DNA of 64,000 nucleotides from an uncultured delta proteobacterium (GCA_963789395.1 CAWBKP010000020.1:167882-231881); one strand, 5' to 3'. Positions 10,198 through 21,130 are shown, numbered from the stretch's first letter. Notes: generated by a model not told the origin, from the sequence alone. Made by a program: numbers and translations.

Positions 10198-11640
10198 TCA
10201 GGATTCCCTGCCCCCTTCTTTAACGGAGGTCTCAAATTTCAGCCCGTATTTTTCGATTTTTGAATGCAGGGTGGGTCTGGAAAGCCCCAGAAGCTTGGCG
10301 GCGCGGGAACGATTGCCGCCGCTGAGGTTCAGGGCTTCGCTGATAAAAATACCGGCAACCTGATCCATGACGGTATCAAAAATATTTTCGCCGGTGCTGG
10401 TCATCAGAGCGCGATGCAGCACGCGCCGGAGCAGCAGATCGTTTTTTTCATCGCTGTCTTCAGTTGCAGGAGATTTCTCGCTGATGGCCTGTGAAATGTC
10501 ATCAGCGCTGAGCGGCGCCCCCCGATTGAAGATCACGGTTTTCTGGATGGTGTTGGCCAGTTCCCTGACGTTTCCAGGCCAGGGATAACTGCTAAGAAGC
10601 TGCGCTGCTTCGGGGGTGATTCCCGGACAGTCCATTCCCAGTTCCTTGAAAAACCGCGAGAGAAAATATTCGGAAAGCAGTGGGATATCGCCGGAGCGCT
10701 CTTTTAACGGGGGAAGCCAGATGGTGACAACCTTCAACCGGTAATAGAGATCTTCCCGGAACCGGCCGGCTTCGATGGCGGTTTCCAGGTTCCGATTGGT
10801 GGCGGCGATGATGCGGACATCCACCGGAATAGTCTCGCGGCCCCCAAGCCGTTCGATACTTCTTTCCTGCAGCAGGCGCAGCATTTTGGATTGCAGGCTG
10901 AACGGCATGTCGCCGATTTCGTCCAGGAAAACGGTTCCGCCGCTGGCCTGTTCCAGCTTGCCGACCCTGCGGTGATTGGCGCCGGTAAAAGACCCTTTTT
11001 CATATCCGAACAATTCGCTTTCCAGCAGGCTGTCGGGAATGGCCACGCAGTTGATTACCAGAAACGGCTTGTTCGCCCGCAGGCTGTGCTGGTAGATTGC
11101 ACGAGCCACCAGCTCCTTGCCGGTTCCCGATTCTCCCCGGATCAACACCGTGGCCTCTGTCGGGGCAACCCGTCCAATGGCTTTGTACACTTCCTGCATA
11201 AGGGGGCTTCGGCCGATAATGGCCTCCCGGTTTGCCTTGTCCGGCGCGCCGTTCATGTCGACGGGAGAGCGCATGAAGCGGCCGGCTTCGATGGCCTGGC
11301 CAATGACGGAGAGCATGTCCGGGATGTCAAACGGCTTCAGGATATAATCAAAAGCGCCCATCTTGGTGGCTTCAATGGCGGTTTCCGTGTTTCCGTAAGC
11401 TGTCATGATGATGACCGGCAGTTTCGGCTCAATCTCATGTATCACCTTAAAGGTTTCAAAACCGTTCATTCCCGGAAGGCGCATGTCCAGAATGACCAGA
11501 TCCGGCGGGCTTTGACGGATCAAGGCAATGCCCGCCTCACCTGAGGCGGCGCTGTCGATGCTGTAGCCTTCCTGAAGCAGCAGCTTATGAAAACTTTTCC
11601 GCAACTGGTCGTCGTCGTCAATAATCAGTATTCTGCTCAA
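10198..11640 (-). CDS. NtrC-family sigma54-dependent response regulator
   Basis: Receiver; GESGTGKE, GSFTGA, FLDEIG, FREDLYYRL, WPGNVREL; Fis-type HTH. Confidence 0.95.
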   Translation of the reverse strand: MSRILIIDDDDQLRKSFHKLLLQEGYSIDSAASGEAGIALIRQSPPDLVILDMRLPGMNGFETFKVIHEIEPKLPVIIMTAYGNTETAIEATKMGAFDYILKPFDIPDMLSVIGQAIEAGRFMRSPVDMNGAPDKANREAIIGRSPLMQEVYKAIGRVAPTEATVLIRGESGTGKELVARAIYQHSLRANKPFLVINCVAIPDSLLESELFGYEKGSFTGANHRRVGKLEQASGGTVFLDEIGDMPFSLQSKMLRLLQERSIERLGGRETIPVDVRIIAATNRNLETAIEAGRFREDLYYRLKVVTIWLPPLKERSGDIPLLSEYFLSRFFKELGMDCPGITPEAAQLLSSYPWPGNVRELANTIQKTVIFNRGAPLSADDISQAISEKSPATEDSDEKNDLLLRRVLHRALMTSTGENIFDTVMDQVAGIFISEALNLSGGNRSRAAKLLGLSRPTLHSKIEKYGLKFETSVKEGGRES

Positions 11641-11643
11641 GAT

Positions 11644-13107
11644 TCAGTCCCTCACCGGAAGCGTGATGGTAAACGTGGTTCCCGTGCCTTCGATGGAAGT
11701 CAAGTTCAGTCTGCCGCCATGTTCCTCGATGATGCGGGAAGCGATACTGAGACCAAGACCCGTCCCTTCTTCCTTTGTTGTAAAAAAAGGCTGAAGGACT
11801 TTATCCACCAGAGGTCCGGGGATTCCCGGCCCATTGTCGCTGACGCGAATCACCACCATTTTCCCGGTTGGCCTTTCAATGGTTTCTTCTTCGGAGATAA
11901 TGATCCGTCCCCCTTTTTTCATGGCTTCACAGGCATTGACAACAAGGTTGACCAGAACTTCCTTAAGCTGTTCAGGGTCTGCCGAAATCTGTGGTAACGG
12001 GCGTTTTCGAATGACTTCAATACGGACTTCATACGAGACCAGGCGGTGCTCCAGGAGTTGAATGACCAGATCAACGATTACCGAAGGACTCACGTGCTGC
12101 ATTTTAAGCTTCGGCGGCCGGGAAAATTCCAGAAAATTCTGAACAATGGTGTCGATATGCCGGATTTCCTGAGAAATCACATCCAGATCATCTTTTTGCG
12201 TCTCTGTCAAATTCAGGGTTCTTCCCAGAGAGAACATGCGCATTTTTACGGAGGTGAATGGATTGCGAATACTGTGGGCCATGCCGGCAGCCAGTTTCCC
12301 GACCAGTGCCATTTTCTCAGCCTGAAGCAGGGTTTCGCGGCTCTTCTGAAGTTCGCTGTGGGTCTGATCCACATCTTCGATCAGGTCGCGCACGCTGTGA
12401 CTGAGCGATTTGATTTCATTTTGGGATGCAGTGGATGTTCCCATGCGGCTGGCTTCCCCGGCAAGCTTGCGAAGGGGCTCCAAAATGTGCTGAATAAAAA
12501 AGAATATCAGTATGATAGCTGCCAGGGCAACAAACATCGATACCAACACGGAAATATATCTCAGTTTTCCGGCCTGGTCATGGCCGTTTTCCGTGGCCTT
12601 ATGGATGCGATCAACCTGCAGTTGTTTGTACTGCTCACATGAATCCAGAATGGTAAAAAACAGATTGCGAACTTCCCGGTGCAGTTTTAAACCGTTTTCC
12701 TTGTCGCCGTCCTTATAATATGCGATGACGCGATCTTTGGCGGCAATATAGGCATTGTATTCGTGATCAATCCGGTCAAGTATCTCCTGTTGCAAGTCGG
12801 TGTCCGACAGATGTCTGGCGGCGCTCAGTCTTTCCTTGAAAATCTGCCGGTATTCTCCAAGCTGCCGCAGCCATTCCGGGTCACCGTCCAGAAAAAAATA
12901 GGACACAAAGCCTTTCTGGTTTACCAGAGCGGTTTCCATGGACTCGGCGGTCTGAAAATTCTCAAGATGTTTTTCAGTAATGGATACCAGAATTTCTTCC
13001 ATCCGGAATGTATACCAAATCGTAATTACGCTGCCCATGAATGTAATGACAATGAGCGTCAACAAAATGGCGTAGACACGGGTTCTCAGACTGACGGGCT
13101 TCCACAT
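11644..13107 (-). CDS. Sensor histidine kinase with four-helix-bundle periplasmic domain
   Basis: Two TM helices; AHSIRNPF, NLVVNACEA, DNGPG, GTGLGL; 3 bp upstream of the NtrC-type regulator. Confidence 0.9.
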   Translation of the reverse strand: MWKPVSLRTRVYAILLTLIVITFMGSVITIWYTFRMEEILVSITEKHLENFQTAESMETALVNQKGFVSYFFLDGDPEWLRQLGEYRQIFKERLSAARHLSDTDLQQEILDRIDHEYNAYIAAKDRVIAYYKDGDKENGLKLHREVRNLFFTILDSCEQYKQLQVDRIHKATENGHDQAGKLRYISVLVSMFVALAAIILIFFFIQHILEPLRKLAGEASRMGTSTASQNEIKSLSHSVRDLIEDVDQTHSELQKSRETLLQAEKMALVGKLAAGMAHSIRNPFTSVKMRMFSLGRTLNLTETQKDDLDVISQEIRHIDTIVQNFLEFSRPPKLKMQHVSPSVIVDLVIQLLEHRLVSYEVRIEVIRKRPLPQISADPEQLKEVLVNLVVNACEAMKKGGRIIISEEETIERPTGKMVVIRVSDNGPGIPGPLVDKVLQPFFTTKEEGTGLGLSIASRIIEEHGGRLNLTSIEGTGTTFTITLPVRD

Positions 13108-13283
13108 GCGTTCATCCCTTATAATCTCCGGATGGCCCTTCCGGAGGATAACCCTTGACACAAGCCAAAGGATTTTGTAATTCATTACTGATAAGCGATT
13201 GGATGTTCATTCTTAAATTTAACGTTAACCATACGTATTAGACGCTTATTTTTCAACATGAATTATTATATGAGGGACTCCAT

Positions 13284-15236
13284 TTGAAAGCATATAGATA
13301 TATTGCACTGTTTGTTATCGGAATTTTAGCGATTTGGCTGAACGGCTGCGCGCATCAGATGCAGGGGGGGGCGTCTGCACAAAATGGCGCATCAGGTGCT
13401 GACGCATCCAATCTTTCATGCGATCCCAAAAAAACCACGGCTTCCAGCCACCGGTCGCCGGCCTCTTATCGCATCTCTGAAGATGCCGAACTAGACGGCT
13501 TGGCCGATAACGATGCTGAAAACGACGACAACCAAGGGGATCGCATCAATTTCGGCATCAAAAATCAGAATATTCTGGATGAAGCCCTGGACTACTGCCG
13601 GTTGGCTCAGGATTACTGGCTGAAAGGCCAGCTTGAAAATGCCCTTGCGGCGCTGGATCAGGCGTACGCCCTGATTATCAAGGTGGACACCTATAACCGG
13701 CCCCGGCTCATTCAGCAGAAAGAAGACCTTCGGTATCTGATTACCCGCCGCATTCAGGATATATACGGGTCTCGGAACGTGGTTGCAAAAGGCAGCATCA
13801 ATGCCATTCCCATGGTCATGAATGATTATGTGAAGGCGGAAATCGCATCCCTGACAGGATGCGAAAAGGATTTTTTCATCAATGCCTATCAGCGATCCGG
13901 ACGTTACCGGCAATATATTGAGGCGGAACTGGCCAAGGAAGGGCTCCCGCTGGAACTGGCATGGCTGCCGCTGATAGAAAGCGGCTATAACGTCAAGGCG
14001 TTGTCGCCGGCCAGGGCTCTGGGCTTATGGCAGTTCATTCCTTCAACCGGATATCGGTTCGGTCTATCCCGGGACAAATATGTGGATGAACGGCTGGATC
14101 CGTATAAATCCACAAAAGCGGCGATTCTGTATCTGAAGGAACTTCACCATCTTTTCGGCGACTGGGAAACGGTTCTGGCTGCCTATAACTGCGGGGAAGG
14201 CCGGGTGCTTCGGACCATTAACACACAAAGCATCAATTATCTGGATAATTTCTGGGACCTTTATGAAAAACTGCCCCGCGAGACCGCCCGGTATGTCCCC
14301 CGGTTTCAGGCCACCCTTTATATCCTTCAAAACCCGAAGCAGTTCGGCCTGACGGATATCCAGCCGGAACCCCCGCTTGAATTTGATACTGTTCCGGTTT
14401 CCCGTCAACTGAACATCAAAAGCATTGCCGATACGACCGGAATCATGGAGTCCACCCTCAAACAGCTGAATCCTGAACTGCGATATGGTATTACCCCCGG
14501 TGACAATTACCCGTTTAAAATTCCGCTGGGCATATCCTCTGACATGGTGTTAACCCAGCTGGACGAAATCCAAGAATCCAATGGTCCGCCGGCTGAAGCT
14601 GCTGAGCAGGAGAAGGTGGCTTCTCATCAGGAGAAAGGGGCTTCTCATCAGGATAAACTGGCGTCTCACACGGTAAAACGCGGAGAAACGCTGTCATCAT
14701 TGGCCAAAAAGTATAAAACCAGTCAAAAAAGCATTCTTCAGGCCAATAAATTAAAAAAAGCCTCGCTAATCAAAACCGGCATGGTGCTACTGATTCCCCA
14801 GAAGGAGCCATCCTCTCCTGCTAAGGCTTCTGCTTCGGTTGCCAAGGCGCCGTCTCCTCCGGCAAAGGATAGCGCTTCCTCGGCAAAACAGGCAGCAGGC
14901 AAGAAATCTGAACCGGTTCGTTCGGTCACCTATGTGGTCAAAAGCGGCGATTCGCTTTACAATATTGCCAACCGCTACGGGGTCACAACAAAAAAAATTC
15001 AGGAAGTCAACAAGCTTACTTCCTTTCATATCGATGTCGGCCAGAATCTTACCATTCCGGAGCCGACCAAAACCGCGGCCGTCGATACCGGCTTGAAGAA
15101 GTACATGGTAAAGAAAGGTGAAAGCGCCTTTTCCATCTCCTCGAATCACAATATGCCGATTGATCGTTTTCTGAGCATCAACAATTTGTCTTCGGGGAGT
15201 AAAATTTTTCCGGGCCAGAGGGTTTATGTGGAATAG
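13284..15236 (+). CDS. mltD: Membrane-bound lytic murein transglycosylase D-like lipoprotein with LysM domains
   Basis: Lipobox WLNGC; LIESGY, GLWQFIPSTG, AAYNCGEG, LPRETARYVP; three LysM repeats. Confidence 0.85.
   Translation: MKAYRYIALFVIGILAIWLNGCAHQMQGGASAQNGASGADASNLSCDPKKTTASSHRSPASYRISEDAELDGLADNDAENDDNQGDRINFGIKNQNILDEALDYCRLAQDYWLKGQLENALAALDQAYALIIKVDTYNRPRLIQQKEDLRYLITRRIQDIYGSRNVVAKGSINAIPMVMNDYVKAEIASLTGCEKDFFINAYQRSGRYRQYIEAELAKEGLPLELAWLPLIESGYNVKALSPARALGLWQFIPSTGYRFGLSRDKYVDERLDPYKSTKAAILYLKELHHLFGDWETVLAAYNCGEGRVLRTINTQSINYLDNFWDLYEKLPRETARYVPRFQATLYILQNPKQFGLTDIQPEPPLEFDTVPVSRQLNIKSIADTTGIMESTLKQLNPELRYGITPGDNYPFKIPLGISSDMVLTQLDEIQESNGPPAEAAEQEKVASHQEKGASHQDKLASHTVKRGETLSSLAKKYKTSQKSILQANKLKKASLIKTGMVLLIPQKEPSSPAKASASVAKAPSPPAKDSASSAKQAAGKKSEPVRSVTYVVKSGDSLYNIANRYGVTTKKIQEVNKLTSFHIDVGQNLTIPEPTKTAAVDTGLKKYMVKKGESAFSISSNHNMPIDRFLSINNLSSGSKIFPGQRVYVE
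14607..14669 (+). repeat. 21-bp imperfect tandem repeat x3 within the MltD linker
   Basis: Encodes QEKVASH-QEKGASH-QDKLASH. Confidence 0.8.
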
Positions 15237-15283
15237 AAGATTGGAATAAATGCTCAGGACGCTTTCAAATATAAGGATGTTGC

Positions 15284-15697
15284 ATGTCTGAAATGCCCAG
15301 CGTGTTGATTGTGGACGATGAAGACGGGTTCCGGTCGGTTTTGGTTAGAAGGCTTCAGAACAGAGGCATTCAGGCTTTTGGTGCCGGCCGGGGAGAAGAT
15401 GCCCTGGATTTTCTGCTGACCCGGAACGTTGATGTGGTGCTTCTTGACATAAAAATGCCGGGAATGAGCGGTGTGGAAGTACTCCGGAAAATGCGGGAAC
15501 AGGGATGCAAAGCGGAGGTCATTATTTTATCCGGCCATGTGTTACTGGATACTGCCGTTGAAATCATGGATTTTGGGGTAAATGATTATCTGTTGAAGCC
15601 CTGCGACACCGAGGAACTGATGGATCGCATCACCCTGGCGCACGAGCGGAAAACGGAACGGGAAGGAAAAAAAGTAAACGGCAGGCAGAAACCTTAA
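15284..15697 (+). CDS. Single-domain response regulator
   Basis: IVDDE, LLDIKMPG, LSGH, LLKP. Confidence 0.9.
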   Translation: MSEMPSVLIVDDEDGFRSVLVRRLQNRGIQAFGAGRGEDALDFLLTRNVDVVLLDIKMPGMSGVEVLRKMREQGCKAEVIILSGHVLLDTAVEIMDFGVNDYLLKPCDTEELMDRITLAHERKTEREGKKVNGRQKP

Positions 15698-15743
15698 TCA
15701 GGCCCCTGTTTTTCGTCTGTTATCGTTGTTCTTGTATAAGCCG

Positions 15744-18350
15744 TCACGATCCCGGTTTTTGTTCCAAGCTGTAGTCTCCCTTTAAAAAAGATTCCGCCAG
15801 GTGGTTGACGGCGGCTTCAGTCGTCATCAGCATATCCATCTGCCGCGTAAAAAGCAGCAGGCGTCCGATATAATCCAGTTTTTCTTCAATGACCGCCGGC
15901 TGTTCCTTTGCAAATCGTGCCGTCACCCTGTCCCCTTGCGATTCCACAAGAAAACCCAGTGCGCCCAGTATTTTTTCGATGGATCGTACCCGTCGATTCT
16001 TGCGGACATCATCCGCAGCGCCCCCTTTGAACTGGAAATTAATGTAATTTTTTGTAGGTGTCTTTCCGCAGTAAGTATCCAGGATGCTGTAATGGTATCC
16101 CACGCGCGAGCTGAAGTTCAGGTATTTATCCGAAAGAATGGCGTAGCTTTTATCGCCGAACCGTTCGGTATGCCGGTTCGGGGGAGCGAGCATCTGCTGG
16201 CTCATTACGGAAAACAGTCCCTTCAGCTCTATTGGGCGGGGTTCCATGGCCTTCAAATCCTGTCGAAGCATTCCCCTGAGCAGCGCGTTGAAGGGAACGG
16301 ATGTGATTTGATCCACGGTAACCGTTGATGACTGAAATGCGTCTTCCGACATGCCATTGCCAAGATCGATGACATACAGATCCAGCGGCAGCGGGGCTTT
16401 GAGACGAACCGACATGCTGCCGCGGTCCGATGCCATATCGCTGATCTGGAATACTTCGCCATATGATTTTTCATGAATATACCGCATGATGTCATGAATG
16501 GTTTTACAGTTTTCCGGTACAAACTGGGGAGATTTCGGATCGATCAAATTGAGGGGAAGAATCAGATCGGCCCGCTTTCGCAGCAGGTTATGCACCGGCG
16601 TATCCTTCATGAACCATTTTTTTTCAATCCGCATTTCAAGCAGTTTCTCCACTTTTCCTTCATAAACCCTTCCGGAATAAGCATCCACTGTAATCATTGC
16701 GCCGTTCTCAATGACGGTTGTGGCTGTTTTCGCATTTAAGAGCGCCGGCACCTTGAATTCCCGGGCAAGAGAGGCCATGTGTCCCGTAATGCTCCCAAAA
16801 TCGGTTACCAGAGCCTGCGCTTTCTGCATTACCAGAACATACTGGGGATATGAGTAGGCGGCAATCAAAATGCCGCCATCCGGAAACGCCATCAGGTCGG
16901 CTTCCGAGCGAACGTGGCAAGCCGGTCCGTAGCCGACTCCCGGGCTGGCGATACTCCCGCCCTCCAGAAGTACGGAAAAGCCGGGTAAGGGCTCGGCAGA
17001 CGTCAAGTCTGCTTCTGCACCGGACTGGTTTCTTTTTAACGGCCGGGATTGAAGAATCAGAATCTGCCCGTTGGCATCTATGGCCCATTCGATATCCTGG
17101 GGACACTGAAAATGGCGTTCAAGGCGCATGGCATGGGAGGCCAGCAGCGCAGCCTGCTCCTTTGTCAAACAGGGCTGATTCCGGAGGGCTTCATCGACAG
17201 GCTCTTCTGCAAGATATCCCTCTTTTCCCGAGACCAATTTTACAGATTTGCAGGATATCTTCATGTCCAGAATTTGGGGCGGGTCACTTTTTGAAAGTGT
17301 ATAGGAATCCGGGGTGATGACGCCATCCACCACATACGGCCCGAGCCCCCAGACAGTCTGGATGATGATATTGTCATCATGCATGTTGAAGGGATGGCTG
17401 CTGTACATGACGCCGCTGACGCTGGCGGGAACCATTTCCAGGCACGCCACGCTCATGGCCGCATCTTCAAACGGAATGCCCATGTGCTGACGATATGAAA
17501 TGGCTCTTGCGGTAAACAGGCTTGCGACGATGCGTTTGTATTCCTGAATAATATTTTTTTCAGGGACATTCAGAACGGAAAGATATTGTCCGGCAAAAGA
17601 CATCTCGCTGTCTTCTCCGATGGCGCTGCTGCGCAAGGCGACCAAAACCGGTTCCTCCCCTGTTCCGACAGGATCGAAAACCTGATGATAGGCATCCAGA
17701 ATCGCAGCTTCGATGTCTTCCGGAAGGTCTGCCTGGGTCAGCAGTTGCTGGATGGCTTCGCTGACACTGACAATGGTTTCCGGGGCAATGATATCCAGTT
17801 CCATCTTTCGCTTTCGAATTTCCTCAACCAGTCCCTTGGACCGAAGAAACCCTTCAAAAGCTGCCGTGGTTATCGCAAAGCCCCTGGGAATGGGCAGGTG
17901 AACAAGGTTTGAAATCTCTCCCAGATTGGCGCTTTTGCCTCCGACAGACTCGGTCATTTCTTTTGTGATGCGGTCATAGGGTAAAATGTATTGGGAAATT
18001 TTCGATGCAGGTTGAATTTCCTGTTCCTGCTGGATGGTTTGATGAATCTGATCCAGGACAGCCGACAGTGCGGGTGATGGACGACCGGAGAGGCTGTCAA
18101 AGCTGCGGATCATTCTACCGGCATGAAACAGCGCGCGCAGTGTCTGTGAACGGACAAATGACATGCCGAATACGGTTTCGCCGCGAAGCTTTTCCTCAAT
18201 TTCCGAAATAATTTTCAACAACTCTGAATTTGAGTCCAGTAGAATCTTGAAGTTGACATATTTGGTACGGAAAATAGCCTGAATGTCATCCCGGGAAAGT
18301 TGTGTTTTCCGCTTTGGTTGAAACAACGATTTAATTTTGCCAAGCAGCAT
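15744..18350 (-). CDS. PEP/pyruvate-binding (PPDK_N) plus phospho-His swivel domain protein, PEP-synthase-related
   Basis: VGGKSANLGE, LRSSAIGEDS..SFAGQY, QDIEWA..ILQSRP, GSITGHMASLARE; the C-terminus does not resemble the PpsA pyruvate-binding barrel. Confidence 0.85.
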   Translation of the reverse strand: MLLGKIKSLFQPKRKTQLSRDDIQAIFRTKYVNFKILLDSNSELLKIISEIEEKLRGETVFGMSFVRSQTLRALFHAGRMIRSFDSLSGRPSPALSAVLDQIHQTIQQEQEIQPASKISQYILPYDRITKEMTESVGGKSANLGEISNLVHLPIPRGFAITTAAFEGFLRSKGLVEEIRKRKMELDIIAPETIVSVSEAIQQLLTQADLPEDIEAAILDAYHQVFDPVGTGEEPVLVALRSSAIGEDSEMSFAGQYLSVLNVPEKNIIQEYKRIVASLFTARAISYRQHMGIPFEDAAMSVACLEMVPASVSGVMYSSHPFNMHDDNIIIQTVWGLGPYVVDGVITPDSYTLSKSDPPQILDMKISCKSVKLVSGKEGYLAEEPVDEALRNQPCLTKEQAALLASHAMRLERHFQCPQDIEWAIDANGQILILQSRPLKRNQSGAEADLTSAEPLPGFSVLLEGGSIASPGVGYGPACHVRSEADLMAFPDGGILIAAYSYPQYVLVMQKAQALVTDFGSITGHMASLAREFKVPALLNAKTATTVIENGAMITVDAYSGRVYEGKVEKLLEMRIEKKWFMKDTPVHNLLRKRADLILPLNLIDPKSPQFVPENCKTIHDIMRYIHEKSYGEVFQISDMASDRGSMSVRLKAPLPLDLYVIDLGNGMSEDAFQSSTVTVDQITSVPFNALLRGMLRQDLKAMEPRPIELKGLFSVMSQQMLAPPNRHTERFGDKSYAILSDKYLNFSSRVGYHYSILDTYCGKTPTKNYINFQFKGGAADDVRKNRRVRSIEKILGALGFLVESQGDRVTARFAKEQPAVIEEKLDYIGRLLLFTRQMDMLMTTEAAVNHLAESFLKGDYSLEQKPGS

Positions 18351-18473
18351 AGAACCTCTTTTTCCAAAAAGAATGATGTTAGAGGAGGGTGATATGGTGG
18401 AACCGTTTCCGCTGGTGAAATTGAGCGAATACCATAAAAATATGTATTGCAGATATGCAATTATTTAACCAGA

Positions 18474-18489
18474 GGCAAGTTGCATGCCT
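18474..18489 (-). promoter_or_regulatory. Sigma54 (-24/-12) promoter for the PEP-synthase-like gene
   Basis: AGGCATGCAACTTGCC: GG-N10-GC. Confidence 0.65.
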
Positions 18490-18637
18490 TCAGCGAAACA
18501 TCTGATTGCGCGACAGAAAGTTATTAGGGGATAAATATATCAAATATATCAGAAGTATATTTAGGAAATCGCGACGCATGGGATGCGGATGCCGACGGAT
18601 TGCTCCCGCGTGATATGGCAACAAGCTTGCGCATAAA

Positions 18638-21130
18638 TCAGCTATATTTTGCGGGATAATATCGTGTTGCCGGTCCATTTCCGGACTTTATCAAAAACCC
18701 TTTTTTCACCAGATCCTGCAGATCGTACTGGGCTGTTCGGATCGGCAGGTCTTCTCCGATAAGTTGCTGGTAATCCTGGCGGGAAATGCCGCCTTTTTGA
18801 AAAATCGCCGGAAACGCTTTTTGCTGTCTTTTGCTCAAATTCTGAAGAGTGGTATGAGAGGGTTCCCGTGAGCGGCCGTGCCCATCGACTTTGTGTGGAA
18901 AGAGGGGCGTTTCCATCAGGGTAATCGGCAGTTCCCCGGAAGCCTCTTCGAGGCGAATGTCTTCGGTTTGAATCACATCCGATTCCACCATGGCCACAGC
19001 CCGGGTAATACAATTTTTCAGTTCCCGGACATTGCCCGGCCAATTGTAATTTTTTAGCCGTTCCAGAGCTCCCCTGCTTAACCCGATGTTCTCTTTGTGC
19101 ATTCTGCTGGATGCTTCCTTGATGAAGCAATCTACCAGGGCCGGAATATCCTCTCTGTGCTCCCGCAGCGGTGGCGTGGTGATGGAAATGACCTTCAGAC
19201 GATAATAGAGGTCTTCCCGGAAAATGCCCCGATCAATCAGGGATTTCAGGTCTTCGTTGGTGGCGGATATCAGCCGCACGTCAAAGTCGATTTCCGTGTC
19301 AGAACCCAAAGGTTTCACTTTTTGCGCTGAAAGCGTTCGAAGCAGGGCCTTCTGAACTTTGGGGGATGCGTTGCCGATTTCATCCAGAAAGAGCGTTCCC
19401 TTGTTGGCGGCCAGGAATGCGCCTTTTCGATCGGCTTTGGCATCAGAAAAAGCGCCGGTGACATGTCCGAAAAGCGCATCCAGAAGCAGGTTCTCATCCA
19501 GAGCGCCGCAATTGATGGTTATGAACGGTTCGTTTCTCCTTGAACTGTTATGGTGAATGGCTTCCGATGTCAATTGCTTTCCGGTTCCGGTTTCGCCGGT
19601 GATTAACACGTCTGCTGTGATGCTTGCGGCTTTCAAAATTTCGGATTTCAGTGATTCGAGCATGGGGCTGTATCCGACCAGATCATTGAATATCGCCTGG
19701 GGAGAGGATGGTGAAAAAGTTGTTTCTTCATCAAGCCTGATCTTCTCGCGTTGCCCCGCGATCTGGATGTGTCTGTCCTTGCGCTTGATTTCCTCGAGTT
19801 GATTGGCCATCGTTGCAATCATGGTATTGATCGCGTTTTTCAGCTGCGTCGTTTCCTGATCCAAATCCGGAGCATGGATTTCTTCAAGGGGCTGTAAGGG
19901 GTCGATTCCGGAAACCGATTTTGCCAGATCCAGTATGGGGCGGGTGATTTTGCGATTGACGGCGTAAATGACGGCGGTAATGACGATGACGGTCAGAATC
20001 GTCAGGACAAACAATATGTCATATTGGCGGATCTGGGCAGCCAGGGTCAGCCTGGTCCTGTCCAGATAGGCAAGACCCAGAATCGTCTCCTTGCCGGACC
20101 GGGCATCGGATTGGAATCGGATGGGCGTATAGGATAGATAATAATTGTCGGTAAGGGAATGGGTCAGACTGCCTTTTTCATTGACGGTGATTGCCCCGTG
20201 ATTACCGGCTTGAACGTCAACAACCATTTTCCAGAAGGATTCATGTTCCGGATCGGGCCGGAATGCAGTATCAAACCCCGGTTTGCCTATGGTCCCAGTT
20301 ATACCGGAACGGATTTTCGAGGTAGAAAGTACGGCGCCTTTTTCCCCAAGGTTTTCAGATTGAAACAGCATCCAGCCATGGCGATCGAAAATGTAGGAGT
20401 AACGGAGTTCAGGCGTGCGGGCAAATGCATAAAGTGGCGACTCGGAGGAATTGAACAGGGAGAGGATATTTCTCAGGTGATGGACATCCAGACCCAAAAG
20501 AAGGAACCCATCGGTCTGGCCATCAGGACTCAGGCAGGGAACAGCCATCCGCAGAACAACGGTGGAAAGAGCATGTCCATTATTATCGAGAGGCAGCGGG
20601 TAATAGGTTTCGGCGATATCTGACAGATAAAACTGGCCGGAAGTCAGGGGCCGAATGTGCTCAAAGATCACCAGAGGGTTGGGTTTGACCTCGGAGAGCT
20701 GATCCGGGCGTAGCTCCAGGACAGAGGGCCCGACATTCAGGAGAAAATATCTCCGGGTGGTGTCGGCTCCGATATAGGCAAGTTCCCGATAAAAATTCCC
20801 TCCGGCCTGCTTATGAATGGTTAAAAACTGCTTCAACTCATTTTTACTGGCCGGCAACTGCGACAGGGTTGTCAGATCGATCCGGGCTCTTTCCAGCAGA
20901 CTCTCGATTTCATGACCCTGGGCAAGGCATTGCAGCCGGGAGGAGCGTTCCAGCGCCATGTTCAGAAATCTGGATGAGAACCAGTTGGAGACAAATCCGG
21001 TGAGCAGAATAATGAAGATCACGGGAGGCAGGATGGAAAAAAGAAGTTTTTTCCGAATGCTCCAGCTTGCAAATTTTTCAGAAAGCAGGGATGCACTGGA
21101 GGAAAAAGACTCCCTGAAAAACAATCGCAT
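18638..21130 (-). CDS. Membrane-anchored one-component sigma54 activator (periplasmic sensor, HAMP, AAA+, winged HTH)
   Basis: Two TM segments; GETGTGKQ, GAFSDA, FLDEIG, WPGNVREL; C-terminal RTAQYDLQDLVKKG..G.GPATRY. Confidence 0.9.
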   Translation of the reverse strand: MRLFFRESFSSSASLLSEKFASWSIRKKLLFSILPPVIFIILLTGFVSNWFSSRFLNMALERSSRLQCLAQGHEIESLLERARIDLTTLSQLPASKNELKQFLTIHKQAGGNFYRELAYIGADTTRRYFLLNVGPSVLELRPDQLSEVKPNPLVIFEHIRPLTSGQFYLSDIAETYYPLPLDNNGHALSTVVLRMAVPCLSPDGQTDGFLLLGLDVHHLRNILSLFNSSESPLYAFARTPELRYSYIFDRHGWMLFQSENLGEKGAVLSTSKIRSGITGTIGKPGFDTAFRPDPEHESFWKMVVDVQAGNHGAITVNEKGSLTHSLTDNYYLSYTPIRFQSDARSGKETILGLAYLDRTRLTLAAQIRQYDILFVLTILTVIVITAVIYAVNRKITRPILDLAKSVSGIDPLQPLEEIHAPDLDQETTQLKNAINTMIATMANQLEEIKRKDRHIQIAGQREKIRLDEETTFSPSSPQAIFNDLVGYSPMLESLKSEILKAASITADVLITGETGTGKQLTSEAIHHNSSRRNEPFITINCGALDENLLLDALFGHVTGAFSDAKADRKGAFLAANKGTLFLDEIGNASPKVQKALLRTLSAQKVKPLGSDTEIDFDVRLISATNEDLKSLIDRGIFREDLYYRLKVISITTPPLREHREDIPALVDCFIKEASSRMHKENIGLSRGALERLKNYNWPGNVRELKNCITRAVAMVESDVIQTEDIRLEEASGELPITLMETPLFPHKVDGHGRSREPSHTTLQNLSKRQQKAFPAIFQKGGISRQDYQQLIGEDLPIRTAQYDLQDLVKKGFLIKSGNGPATRYYPAKYS

